This document shows, one piece after another, positions 27,787 to 37,745 of a stretch of DNA of 64,000 bases. Every line of letters starts with the position of its first letter. Within the stretch, counting starts at the first letter, position 1. The translations under genes were made by a program, and so were the position numbers. This stretch comes from Candidatus Shapirobacteria bacterium (GTDB lineage Bacteria > Patescibacteriota > Microgenomatia > UBA12405). The stretch is taken from NCBI GenBank assembly GCA_041659325.1, contig JBAZYN010000001.1, forward strand, positions 67,342 through 131,341. Reading direction: 5' to 3'. The notes beneath the pieces were generated by a model. It was not told the DNA's origin, did no database searches, and saw nothing but the letters and a program-made list of their open reading frames with translations.

Positions 27787-29235
27787 ATGGACAAAAACCA
27801 CAGCCCTTTCCGACCGCCGATTGTGGTGGTTATGGGTCATATCGACCATGGCAAAACCAGTCTATTAGATAAAATTAGGTCCACCAAAGTTTTCGAAAAA
27901 GAGGTTGGTGGAATTACCCAACATATTGGCGCCTATCAGGTATCTATTGGCCAAAAAGGAAATCAGCCTAATCAAATTACCTTTATTGATACGCCCGGAC
28001 ATGCGGCATTTATCAATATGCGTGCCCGTGGTGCCCAAATTACCGACTTAGTCGTTTTAGTAATCGCTGCCACAGAAGGGGTAAAGATTCAAACCAAAGA
28101 ATGTCTTTCTCTCATTCAAAAAGCCAACCTCCCGTTTATTGTCGCCATGAACAAAATGGACCTCCCGGGAGCCAACCCGGACATGCTCAAGGGTCAACTT
28201 GTCGAATTGGGTTTTACCCCCGAAGAGTACGGTGGCGATATCATGTGCATTCCGGTTTCTGCCAAATCCGGACAGGGGATTGATAAATTGTTGGAAATGA
28301 TTTTACTCCAGGCAGAATTAATGGAGTTAAAAAATGAACCTGATTCACAGCTCGAAGCAGTGATAATCGAATCCAGACTTGACAAAAGTCGTGGTCCTGT
28401 TGCCTCCACCATCGTTCGAAAAGGCACCCTAACTGTGGGAGATGTCATCTATGCCCAGGAAACACCCTGCAAAGTCAAAGCCATGATAAATTACCTCGGT
28501 GAAAATATAAAAACCGCCTATCCCAGCACGCCGATTGAAATCCTGGGTTTTGAAAAAACACCCCAGGTTGGGTCTATCATCACCGCCAATCCGGTCACCT
28601 CTACAAAAATTAATTTTCGCAAACCGGACGTACAAACATCCTCCGACCTTACCTCCCAAAAGGTGCTGCGGCTGCCCATTATTGTAAAAGCCGATGTTGA
28701 AGGGAGTCTGGAGGCCCTTCTTGATAGCTTTTCCGACGATGTGGAAGTGTTATTTTCTGGTGTTGGAGCCATATCAGACAACGATATTTTTTTGGCGCAA
28801 GCTTCAGGTGCTCAGGTGTTTGCATTTAACGTTTCTACCCCAAAGTTCATAAAAAACCTAGCCGAAAACCAAAAGGTAAAAATCCACGAATCAAAAATAA
28901 TTTACGAAATTATTGAAGAAATCCAATCTCAGGTGTTAAAGCTTCTCGAACCGACCATAGACGAGACAATAACTGGTGAAGGTCTAATAAGAGCCGAGTT
29001 TAAAATTGAAAAAGTCAGGATAGCCGGAATGCAGTGTACCAAAGGAGAAATTAAAAAAGGTGACTTAATCCATCTAAAACGAGATGGTGAAATTATCAAA
29101 GATACCAAAGTCGAGGGATTACACCAGGGTAAGTTAGTAGTTGAAAAAGTGAAAGCCGGAAGCGATTGTGGCATCACCTTTAAGCCTTATGTTGATTTTA
29201 AATTAAATGATGTTATAATATCCTATAACAAGTAA
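27787..29235 (+). CDS. infB: Translation initiation factor IF-2 (reduced form lacking the long N-terminal region).
   Basis: [22 protein letters not shown]-domain motifs; C-terminal beta-barrel domains. Confidence 0.9.
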   Translation: MDKNHSPFRPPIVVVMGHIDHGKTSLLDKIRSTKVFEKEVGGITQHIGAYQVSIGQKGNQPNQITFIDTPGHAAFINMRARGAQITDLVVLVIAATEGVKIQTKECLSLIQKANLPFIVAMNKMDLPGANPDMLKGQLVELGFTPEEYGGDIMCIPVSAKSGQGIDKLLEMILLQAELMELKNEPDSQLEAVIIESRLDKSRGPVASTIVRKGTLTVGDVIYAQETPCKVKAMINYLGENIKTAYPSTPIEILGFEKTPQVGSIITANPVTSTKINFRKPDVQTSSDLTSQKVLRLPIIVKADVEGSLEALLDSFSDDVEVLFSGVGAISDNDIFLAQASGAQVFAFNVSTPKFIKNLAENQKVKIHESKIIYEIIEEIQSQVLKLLEPTIDETITGEGLIRAEFKIEKVRIAGMQCTKGEIKKGDLIHLKRDGEIIKDTKVEGLHQGKLVVEKVKAGSDCGITFKPYVDFKLNDVIISYNK

Positions 29236-29276
29236 ACAGCAGGTTAAATGCTGATCTATTTGAAAGCAGGTCAAAT

Positions 29277-30077
29277 ATGAAAAACTATAATGTCTCATAT
29301 ATTAAAGATCTTCTAAACTCGGCCAAGACAGCTTTGATTGTTGTCCCTCAAATCAGTGTTGACAGCGTCGGTTCGGCACTGGCTTTAGCCATAGCCTTAA
29401 AACAGAAAAATATCACCACAAAGGTTTATTCACCTCAAAAGACCGACAATAACTATTCTAAATTAAGTGGTCTGGAACTTTTAACCGACACATTTAGCTC
29501 AAGTGATCTGGTCGTTTCTCTTGATTATCCTTTAGACCAGATAGAACAGGTCTCTTACAACGACGATGGTGGTAGACTTAATTTAGTCGTCAAGACCAAA
29601 GCGAATTCCCCAAAAGTCGAAAACGACAAAATTATTGTCAACAATCAATCGACCGCGGCCGATATCTGCTTTATGCTCGGAGACGAAACTCTGCTTGGAC
29701 CAAACACTAGCATTACCAACAAAGGTAATTGGGTTTTTATATCTCCATCAAACATTGCCAAAAGTTGGGCCAAAGCTAGTTTGATAGACCCTGATGCCCC
29801 ATTTTCAGAAATTTTCACTTTCTTATTGCCGATGTTAGACCTTGCCCTGGATCAGGATTCGGGCAAAAACCTATTAATAGGTCTACGAGTTGCCACTCAG
29901 TCATTTTCTGTCAACGTTTCCCCCGAAACTTTTGAAGCCGGTGCAATTTGTTTAAGAGCTACTCAGCCGGTTAGCAACGGCCCTAATCCTATCGTTAATC
30001 CTACTCCGATTGAATCAGTCGAATCAAAACCTAATCAGTTTCAATCAAACCAACCCTCCACAGTTCCTACGGTATAA
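29277..30077 (+). CDS. Hypothetical protein in the rbfA/truB/nrnA slot; a DHH-like N-terminus lacking catalytic residues is possible.
   Basis: LIVVPQISVDSVGSALALAIAL resembles the NrnA/DHH motif I region but without the Asp/His residues; PT-rich C-terminus. Confidence 0.35.
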   Translation: MKNYNVSYIKDLLNSAKTALIVVPQISVDSVGSALALAIALKQKNITTKVYSPQKTDNNYSKLSGLELLTDTFSSSDLVVSLDYPLDQIEQVSYNDDGGRLNLVVKTKANSPKVENDKIIVNNQSTAADICFMLGDETLLGPNTSITNKGNWVFISPSNIAKSWAKASLIDPDAPFSEIFTFLLPMLDLALDQDSGKNLLIGLRVATQSFSVNVSPETFEAGAICLRATQPVSNGPNPIVNPTPIESVESKPNQFQSNQPSTVPTV

Positions 30078-30082
30078 ACTTG

Positions 30083-30091
30083 TGTTATAAT
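30083..30091 (+). promoter_or_regulatory. Extended -10 TGtTATAAT upstream of rpsO.
   Basis: Sequence match only. Confidence 0.3.
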
Positions 30092-30168
30092 AACCCCGTA
30101 ACTATAAGATCGGTTCTTGGGTAGCCATTCCCGGGATATATTTATTTACCGAATATAGCGAAATTTTT

Positions 30169-30438
30169 ATGGCATTAAGTGCAGAAGAAAAAAAAGATAT
30201 TATAACTAAATTTTCTCAGGGAAAAGGAGATACCGGCTCACCGGAAATCCAAATTGCCATTCTAACTAAAGAGGTAGAAAAACTCCAATCCCATCTCACC
30301 GATAATAAACATGACTCTCCTGCCAAGCGCGGAATTTTGAGTAAAATCGCCAAACGTAGAAGGATGCTCCGATATCTATCTGAACATAACCCCGACAGAT
30401 ATACCAAAATTACAAAAGAGTTGGGTCTAAAAAAATAA
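30169..30438 (+). CDS. rpsO: 30S ribosomal protein S15.
   Basis: 89 aa; MALSAEEKKDIITKF..GDTGSPEIQIAILT... Confidence 0.9.
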   Translation: MALSAEEKKDIITKFSQGKGDTGSPEIQIAILTKEVEKLQSHLTDNKHDSPAKRGILSKIAKRRRMLRYLSEHNPDRYTKITKELGLKK

Positions 30439-30498
30439 TCCGTCTTTCCTGTATTCCGGGCATTCGGTTTTAATCTATAATAAATATATATAATTTTA

Positions 30499-32700
30499 TT
30501 GAACATGCAAAAAAATATCCAAGAAATCACCATTGGTGACAAAGTTATTACTTTAGAAACAGGCGTATTAGCCCCTCAAACCAATGCTTCAGTTTTAGCC
30601 ACCTTTGACAAAACCGTTGTCTTAGCTACGGTTGTAATGGGCAAGGAAGATCTGTCAAAAGATTATTTCCCTCTATCGGTAGAATTTTCCGACAAACTAT
30701 ATGCCGGTGGTTTGATTAAAGGAGGAAAGTGGATAAAAAGAGAGATGGGTCCATCGGATTCAGCTATACTTTTTGGTCGTATTATCGATCGCTCGGTCAG
30801 ACCACTATTTCCTGTAGGTTTCCAAAATGAAGTTCAAATTATTGTTACCATTTTAAGCAACGACAAGGAAAATGACGTCGTCATCACTGCCTTTACCGCT
30901 GTTTCTGCTGCTTTGGCCATTTCCGATATTCCCTTCAAATCAGCAGTTTCAGCCGTCAGAATCGGACTAATCGACGGAAAGTTGTCGGTAATGCCCCCGA
31001 TTAGTGAAATGATCAAATCAAAAATGGACCTCCTGGTCTGTACTGGTCCATCGGGCATTAATATGATAGAAAATGCCACTGATATCGTCGACAACGAAAT
31101 TGTCTTATCAGGGATAGAATTAGCCCAAAAAACCTCAGAAAATATTAACCGGGCGATCAATGAATTTGCTTCCAAATGTGGCAAGAAAAAAATTGAATTT
31201 GTTTCTGCTTTACCATCAGATGTATTACTGTCCGAGGTAGAAAGATTGATCCAAAAAGATATTGCCGAATTTCTTGCAAGCGGTGCCGATGGAAAACATA
31301 CTCACGACGAGGAAATAATTATCGAAAAGGTCAAACTCGCTTATGCCGAAAGAATCAAGTCTGAGGAAGTTACGGAAACAATGGTTATTTCTGCGTCCAA
31401 TATTCTTATCCGAAAATACTTTAGGCAAGCCACTTTGGCCGGCCAAAGGTATGACAAAAGAAAAATGGATGAAGTTCGCCCGTTAGAAATTCAAGCGGGT
31501 GTTTTGCCCTGTACCCACGGGTCTGCTCTTTTCCAAAGGGGATTAACCCAGGCGCTGACTATCACTACCCTTGGTCCCCTGACCGACCGACAATACCTTC
31601 AGGACTCATCGGGTGAAACCACCAAAAGATACATTCATTACTATTCGGCCGGCCCTTACTCCACTGGCCAAACCGGTAGACTCGGTCGTCCCGGCAGAAG
31701 AGAAATCGGTCATGGAGCCTTAGCCGAAAAAGCCTTAATGCCTGTTATCCCGTCCGAAGAAGAATTTCCATATACAATTGCCCTGACTTCCGAGGTCCTA
31801 TCCCAAAATGGTTCTTCTTCTATGGCTTCTACCTGTGGCTCTACTATGAGCTTAATGGACGCCGGAGTTCCCATAAAAGATCTGGTTGCCGGAATTTCGG
31901 TCGGAATGGTTTCAGACGATAGTGGGAAATATGTCCTCCTTACCGATATTGCCGGGGTAGAAGACCACAATGGCGACATGGATTTCAAAATCACCGGAAC
32001 CAAAACCGGAATTACCGCTATTCAGCTCGATATCAAAAGTGAAGGTTTGACCATGGAAATGATCAAGGAAACTTTTGTTGCCAGTACCAAGGCCAGGCTC
32101 CAAATTTTAGCCAAAATGGAATCGGTCCTGTCAGCCCCCCGAAAATCGCTCTCTGTTTTTGCTCCCAAAATCAAACTGATTAAACTTCCCGAAGATAAAA
32201 TCGGTGAAGTTATCGGTAGCGGTGGGAAAACTATCAAGAGCCTAATGGCAAAATACGGAGTTCAGATCGACATTGATGATTTCGGCGGTGCCTCAATTTC
32301 TTCTGCCGATTCCAAAAAGGTCGACGAGGCTGTATACGAAATCGAGTCAATGGTTAGGGATGTTCAAATGGGGGAAGAATTTGACGGTGTTGTTACCAGA
32401 GTTGAAAATTACGGTGCCTTTGTGGAGTTTTTACCGGGTCGAGAAGCCCTGCTTCATGTTTCCGAAATGACTGGCGGGTTTTTATCCGACCCATCATCGA
32501 TTATAAAAATTGGCGACAAATTACACGTTAGAGTGTCAGGATACAACGACAACCATCAGCTGAAACTTTCTGCCCCAGAATTTAAACAAGCCCATATGGG
32601 CGACGGCTCATCCGAAAGACCTCAGAGACCGGCCTTTGATCAAAATCGCGGATTTGGCAAGTTTAATCAGGGTTTTCGGCCCACCGACCGTCGTCGCTGA
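30499..32700 (+). CDS. pnp: Polyribonucleotide nucleotidyltransferase (PNPase).
   Basis: Two RNase PH domains, KH (IGEVIGSGGKTIK), S1, and an RGG-like basic tail. Confidence 0.9.
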   Translation: MNMQKNIQEITIGDKVITLETGVLAPQTNASVLATFDKTVVLATVVMGKEDLSKDYFPLSVEFSDKLYAGGLIKGGKWIKREMGPSDSAILFGRIIDRSVRPLFPVGFQNEVQIIVTILSNDKENDVVITAFTAVSAALAISDIPFKSAVSAVRIGLIDGKLSVMPPISEMIKSKMDLLVCTGPSGINMIENATDIVDNEIVLSGIELAQKTSENINRAINEFASKCGKKKIEFVSALPSDVLLSEVERLIQKDIAEFLASGADGKHTHDEEIIIEKVKLAYAERIKSEEVTETMVISASNILIRKYFRQATLAGQRYDKRKMDEVRPLEIQAGVLPCTHGSALFQRGLTQALTITTLGPLTDRQYLQDSSGETTKRYIHYYSAGPYSTGQTGRLGRPGRREIGHGALAEKALMPVIPSEEEFPYTIALTSEVLSQNGSSSMASTCGSTMSLMDAGVPIKDLVAGISVGMVSDDSGKYVLLTDIAGVEDHNGDMDFKITGTKTGITAIQLDIKSEGLTMEMIKETFVASTKARLQILAKMESVLSAPRKSLSVFAPKIKLIKLPEDKIGEVIGSGGKTIKSLMAKYGVQIDIDDFGGASISSADSKKVDEAVYEIESMVRDVQMGEEFDGVVTRVENYGAFVEFLPGREALLHVSEMTGGFLSDPSSIIKIGDKLHVRVSGYNDNHQLKLSAPEFKQAHMGDGSSERPQRPAFDQNRGFGKFNQGFRPTDRRR

Positions 32701-32713
32701 TGTATACTGATAT

Positions 32714-33778
32714 TTGATGGATCAAGAAAATCTCTCTTCGCAGGAAGCCATAACTAAACTGATTGAAAAAACTCAATCAGTCAGTCTTCCCGATGGGTTA
32801 AAAGAAAATTTATCTGATCTTTTTAATCAGCTAAAAATCAATTCACGATCAGAAGAAACTTTTTGGCAGTTTTATCAAAACGCCTCCAAGTATGTTGATT
32901 GGATCATCAGGCTGCCCTGGGAAACATCAAGCCAGGATATCTTGGATCTTGACTATGCCAAGGAAAAGCTCGATGCCGGTCACTTCGGCCTTGATTCGGT
33001 CAAAGAAAGAATTATCGAATATGTTTCCGTTCTGGCACTTCAAAAACACCGTACTCCCAACGAAAAACTCCGGGCTCCGATTTTGCTTTTCCAAGGCTTA
33101 GTCGGTACCGGAAAAACCACTATGGCCACCTCCATTTCCGAAGTCCTGGGTCGACATCTGATCCGTATTCCTTTTGGTGGACTTGGGGATCCCCTGTATT
33201 TACGCGGACAATCCCGAGTTTATTCCGAAGCCGAGCCGGGAGCAATTATTCGCGGATTAGCTGAAGCAAAAACCAACAATCCGGTGATTTTGTTGGATGA
33301 AATTGACCGGGCTTCAGACGATGCCCTCAATACCATAATGGGTGTTTTGGTAGAGTTACTGGATCCCGAACAAAACTCCCGCTTTACTGACCACTATATT
33401 GATTACCCCTTCGATCTGTCTCAGGCATTTTTTGTCGCTACCTGCAACAATACCTCCCGGATCGCCACCGCTGTATTGGACCGTCTTGAAGTGATTCAGA
33501 TGCCCTCTTACACCGATGAAGAGAAAATTGCCATTGGTAGAGATTATTTATTCCCCAAAGCTTTAAAGGAATCCGGATTAACCGGTAATGAGTTAACTAT
33601 TTCGCAGGATGTTTGGCTTCAGATTGTTCGACCCCTTGGCTTTGACGCCGGTGTCAGAACTCTAAAGAGGAACATAGAAGGTTTATGCCGCAAATCGGCA
33701 AAATTAATTTTTGAGGGTCGGACCAGACAGGTTGTGGTTGATGTTTCAAACATCAAACAATTTGTCCCTCAGTGGTAA
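32714..33778 (+). CDS. Lon-family AAA+ ATPase module without the LAN N-domain and without the S16 protease domain.
   Basis: Aligns by eye to the Lon ATPase core: YVDWIIRLPW, HFGLDSVKERIIEYV, GLVGTGKTT (Walker A), ILLDEIDRAS (Walker B), DPEQNSRFTDHYIDYPFDLS, VATCNN, LDRLEVIQMPSYTDEEK, AGVRTLKR. Stop codon follows, then a non-protease small ORF and udg. Confidence 0.75.
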   Translation: MMDQENLSSQEAITKLIEKTQSVSLPDGLKENLSDLFNQLKINSRSEETFWQFYQNASKYVDWIIRLPWETSSQDILDLDYAKEKLDAGHFGLDSVKERIIEYVSVLALQKHRTPNEKLRAPILLFQGLVGTGKTTMATSISEVLGRHLIRIPFGGLGDPLYLRGQSRVYSEAEPGAIIRGLAEAKTNNPVILLDEIDRASDDALNTIMGVLVELLDPEQNSRFTDHYIDYPFDLSQAFFVATCNNTSRIATAVLDRLEVIQMPSYTDEEKIAIGRDYLFPKALKESGLTGNELTISQDVWLQIVRPLGFDAGVRTLKRNIEGLCRKSAKLIFEGRTRQVVVDVSNIKQFVPQW

Positions 33779-33784
33779 AGAAAA

Positions 33785-33925
33785 ATGACAGAAACTAATC
33801 ACCTAAAAATTGATAGTCTCAGCTATATAAAACCATCGTTTGTTTTATCATTGATAATCTTGTCACTTGCCTTTGTAATATTACTAATCACCCTTAGCAA
33901 TTCAATCCCCAGGATAAATCCATAG
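33785..33925 (+). CDS. Possible 46-aa hydrophobic small protein (MTETNHLKIDSLSYIKPSFVLSLIILSLAFVILLITLSNSIPRINP).
   Basis: ORF translated by hand between the Lon-like gene and udg; single TM; below the ORF-track size cutoff. Confidence 0.2.
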   Translation: MTETNHLKIDSLSYIKPSFVLSLIILSLAFVILLITLSNSIPRINP

Positions 33926-33928
33926 CTT

Positions 33929-34507
33929 ATGCCGGCTTCTAATCTTCAAAAGCTTCAATACCTCAACAAGCTTATTTCCGAATGTACCAAATGTCCCCTG
34001 ATTAAAACTGCAACCAATCACGTTCCCGGCTCCGGAAATCCTGAAGCAGAAATTATGATTATCGGCGAAGCCCCGGGTTTTTTTGAAGATCAAAAAGGAT
34101 TGCCTTTTGTTGGTAATTCAGGAAAACTGTTGGACAAATTATTATTATCAATCAAACTCCTCAGGTCGGAAGTATTTATTGCCAATATTCTAAAACACCG
34201 CCCTCCGGAAAACAGGCCGCCGCTGCCCGAAGAAATAAAAGTGTGCACGCCTTATCTAAAGGCACAAATACAAATTATCAAACCAAAAATTATTATTACT
34301 CTGGGTCGATTTGCCATGAATTATTTTTTTCCTCTAGAATCTATTTCCAGAGTCCGTGGCCAAGTCAAAAAAATCAAATGGCAGGGGCTTGATCTCACCA
34401 TCATTCCTGTCTATCATCCTTCCGCTGGCCTTCGCAATGGTGCCATGCTCGAGGCGCTGCAAACTGATTTTAAATCTATAGGTAAATTTTTAGGTAAAAC
34501 AAATTAA
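33929..34507 (+). CDS. Uracil-DNA glycosylase, family 4 (4Fe-4S UdgA-type).
   Basis: CTKCPL...GEAPG...HPS motifs. Confidence 0.8.
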   Translation: MPASNLQKLQYLNKLISECTKCPLIKTATNHVPGSGNPEAEIMIIGEAPGFFEDQKGLPFVGNSGKLLDKLLLSIKLLRSEVFIANILKHRPPENRPPLPEEIKVCTPYLKAQIQIIKPKIIITLGRFAMNYFFPLESISRVRGQVKKIKWQGLDLTIIPVYHPSAGLRNGAMLEALQTDFKSIGKFLGKTN

Positions 34508-34514
34508 AAAATAT

Positions 34515-36275
34515 ATGGAAAAAAATAAAGTTTATACACAACGTCCCCAGTCTACTTTTAGCAAAGCTCAAAGTCAGGTTAGGGAATTTAAAAAAAATTA
34601 TGATTCGGTCAGAATCTGTTCACTTGGAGGTTTCGGAGATGTTACTTCCAACATGTTCGTTTACGAATTTATTCCAAATGGCGACTTTTCAAAAAGCCAA
34701 ATTATTATCGTTGATTGTGGAGTTGGTTTTCCGGAAGAAGACACCTTTGGAGTAGATCTACAGATCCCCGATACTCACTATCTCCAGGACAAAAAAGATC
34801 GTATATTGGGAATTTTTATCACCCATGGCCACGAAGATCATATCGGAGCTATCAGGTTTATTCTAAATATTCTAGGGCAGCAAATTCCGATTTTTGCTCC
34901 GAAGTTAGCCGCCTCGTTTATTGAGGCCAAGCTATCAGAGGTTAGTATTCGGGCAAATATTCAAATCTATGACAATATCCACCCGATTACCCGCGGTCCG
35001 TTTACCGTCGATCCGATTAGGGTAACTCATTCCATCCCCGACACTTTCCACCTTGCAATACAAACTCCAATCGGGATTTTCTATCACGGTTCTGATTTCA
35101 AGTTTGATCTATTCCCTTTAGACAACAAACCCTCCGATTTAAGGCATATCGCCCGAGTTGGGGAAAAAGGTGTACTGTGTTTATTATCAGACTGTTTGGG
35201 CTCCGACCACGAAGGATTTTCTCCCTCAGAATCATCTATTGCCGAAAATTTCAAAAGAGAAATAACAAACGCCAAAGGCCGGGTCTTTGTCACCTCGATT
35301 TCCAGTAACATTATTCGTTGGAGCCAGGCGATTGAATACGCCAAAGGCGTTGGCAGAAAAATATGTATCGTCGGAATGTCAGTCGACAAAGCCATAAATA
35401 TTGCCAAGGATTTAGGTTATATAAAACTACTCGATTCGGATATTATCCAAGTTGACCGGGTAAAAAACTTTGCCGACAACAAACTAATCTATCTGGTTGC
35501 CGGTTTTGCCGGCCAACCTGAATCGGCGTTAAGCAAAATGATTATGGGTAAGCATCGGGTAAAAATCAAATCCGGCGATAAAGTAATTTTTTCGTCTCCT
35601 GATTATATCCCCGGTACGACTTCAAACATAAACAATATGATTGATACTCTCTCAAAACTAGGGGCCGAGGTCACCTATGGCGAAAAAGAGGAGCTGCACG
35701 TTTCCGGTCATGCCTATCAAAAAGAACATGCCCTGCTGATTGACCTTGTTAATCCGAAATATCTCCTGCCTATTGGCGGTAATTACCGGCATATAAAAAG
35801 TTACCACACGATGGCTAAAAAACTTGGATATACCGATGACCAACTTGTGAACCCCGATTTTGATTCAGCAGTAACTTTTAACGGCAACCGTGGCTTTGAT
35901 ACAAATTACCATCTGGCCCTGAGAAAAGTTTTAATAGATGGGTTTGGTATTGGTGATGTGGGAGTAACGGTCTTACGGGACAGAAAACTTCTGGCCGAAG
36001 ACGGTATGTTTACCGTTGTGATGCTTGTCAATCTGGTTTCGGGCGAGATGTTAAAAGAACCGGTTATTCTAAGTCGAGGCTTTGTCTTTATGAAAGAAAA
36101 TACCGATCTTATAAACTATTTAAAACAGGAAGTGATCAACCACTTTAAACAAGTTACCAGTAAACCGGCCAATTTCGAGTATATCCGCGAACAAATCCAG
36201 GGCCATATCGAGCAGGTAATCTATGACAAAACCGGCCGTCAACCTATGGTTCTACCGCTAGTGATTGAAGTATAA
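34515..36275 (+). CDS. rnj: Ribonuclease J (metallo-beta-lactamase / beta-CASP).
   Basis: ITHGHEDHIGA motif, beta-CASP region, C-terminal domain. Confidence 0.85.
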   Translation: MEKNKVYTQRPQSTFSKAQSQVREFKKNYDSVRICSLGGFGDVTSNMFVYEFIPNGDFSKSQIIIVDCGVGFPEEDTFGVDLQIPDTHYLQDKKDRILGIFITHGHEDHIGAIRFILNILGQQIPIFAPKLAASFIEAKLSEVSIRANIQIYDNIHPITRGPFTVDPIRVTHSIPDTFHLAIQTPIGIFYHGSDFKFDLFPLDNKPSDLRHIARVGEKGVLCLLSDCLGSDHEGFSPSESSIAENFKREITNAKGRVFVTSISSNIIRWSQAIEYAKGVGRKICIVGMSVDKAINIAKDLGYIKLLDSDIIQVDRVKNFADNKLIYLVAGFAGQPESALSKMIMGKHRVKIKSGDKVIFSSPDYIPGTTSNINNMIDTLSKLGAEVTYGEKEELHVSGHAYQKEHALLIDLVNPKYLLPIGGNYRHIKSYHTMAKKLGYTDDQLVNPDFDSAVTFNGNRGFDTNYHLALRKVLIDGFGIGDVGVTVLRDRKLLAEDGMFTVVMLVNLVSGEMLKEPVILSRGFVFMKENTDLINYLKQEVINHFKQVTSKPANFEYIREQIQGHIEQVIYDKTGRQPMVLPLVIEV

Positions 36276-37701
36276 TACCTTCATGAAAAAACTTCTTAAA
36301 GACCGTAATATTGATCTCTCCGAGTGGTACAACGATGTTGTACTAAAGGCTGAATTGGCAGATTACGCTCCGGTCAAAGGCTGTATGATCATCCGGCCTT
36401 ATGGCTATGCTCTTTGGGAAGCGATCCAAAATTTTATGGATCCGATTATTAAAGAAAGGGGGGTCAAAAACGCTTACTTTCCTCTTTTTATTCCCATGCA
36501 TTTTTTACAAAAGGAAAAAGAGCATGTTGCCGGTTTCGCCCCTGAATTGGCCGTAGTTACTATTGGTGGCGGCGAGAAATTAAATGAAGAACTAGCCGTT
36601 CGCCCCACTTCCGAAACTATCATGTACGAGATGTATCGCAAGTGGACCACCTCTTGGCGCGACTTACCCATTTTAATCAACCAGTGGTGCAATGTTGTTC
36701 GCTGGGAAAAAAGAACTTATCTTTTCTTGCGCACCTCTGAATTCTTATGGCAAGAAGGCCACTGCGCTCACCTTACTCACGAAGAAAGTAACGAAACCGT
36801 ATTTTGGGCTCTTGATATGTACGAAAAAACCTACAATCAACTTTTAGCTATGTATGGTATCAAAGGTGTAAAAAGTGACTCAGAGAAATTTGCCGGTGCC
36901 GGTAAGACGTATTCTTTTGAATGTCTCATGCCCAACGGTAAAGCTCTTCAAGCTTGCACTTCTCACGATTTGGGACAAAATTTCTCCAAATCTTTTGAAT
37001 GGACTATTCAAGACCAAAATAAAAATAAAGTTTACCCTTGGCAAAATTCTTGGGGATTTTCCACCCGCTCTATCGGTGGTCTTATCATGGCTCATGGTGA
37101 TGACAATGGTTTAATTTTGCCTCCAAACGTTGCACCGACCCAGGTTGTTATCATTCCTATTCCCGGTCACGAAAAAGCACTGGTTTTAGCGCAGGATTTA
37201 TATTCTAAACTAAAAAATATTTATCGTTGCCATTTGGACCTGGTTGACGACGAATCTGCTGGTTTTAAATTCAATAAATGGGAACTAAAAGGTGTTCCGT
37301 TACGTATTGAAGTCGGCGATCGTGATGTTGCCAGTAATTCCGTAATTATTCATCAACGTGACACCGGTGAAAAATTGACGGTTTCGGTTGAAGATTTAAG
37401 TAAAACAATTTGTGATTTATCAACAATAATTCAGAACAATCTTTTTGAAAAACATCGTAAATTCACCGATGATAATACTTTTGTTGTTGATACATATGAT
37501 GAACTAAAAAAGGTTATGTCAACCACTCGTGGTTTTATAAAAGCTCACTGGTGCGAAAACCCCGAATGTGAGGCAAAAATAAAAGCTGACACTAAAGCTA
37601 CAACCCGTTGTCTTCCTCTTGATGCACAGACAGAAGCGGGCAAATGTATCTTTTGCGGTAAACCTTCGACACATCGCTGGTTATTTGCCCAGTCGTACTG
37701 A
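36265..37701 (+). CDS. proS: Prolyl-tRNA synthetase, archaeal/eukaryotic type.
   Basis: Class II motifs, C-terminal zinc-binding region CENPECEAK...CIFCGK. Confidence 0.85.
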   Translation: MKYNTFMKKLLKDRNIDLSEWYNDVVLKAELADYAPVKGCMIIRPYGYALWEAIQNFMDPIIKERGVKNAYFPLFIPMHFLQKEKEHVAGFAPELAVVTIGGGEKLNEELAVRPTSETIMYEMYRKWTTSWRDLPILINQWCNVVRWEKRTYLFLRTSEFLWQEGHCAHLTHEESNETVFWALDMYEKTYNQLLAMYGIKGVKSDSEKFAGAGKTYSFECLMPNGKALQACTSHDLGQNFSKSFEWTIQDQNKNKVYPWQNSWGFSTRSIGGLIMAHGDDNGLILPPNVAPTQVVIIPIPGHEKALVLAQDLYSKLKNIYRCHLDLVDDESAGFKFNKWELKGVPLRIEVGDRDVASNSVIIHQRDTGEKLTVSVEDLSKTICDLSTIIQNNLFEKHRKFTDDNTFVVDTYDELKKVMSTTRGFIKAHWCENPECEAKIKADTKATTRCLPLDAQTEAGKCIFCGKPSTHRWLFAQSY

Positions 37702-37745
37702 GTTAATACTTAATACTTCACGCCAAATACTATATACTGGTTTAT

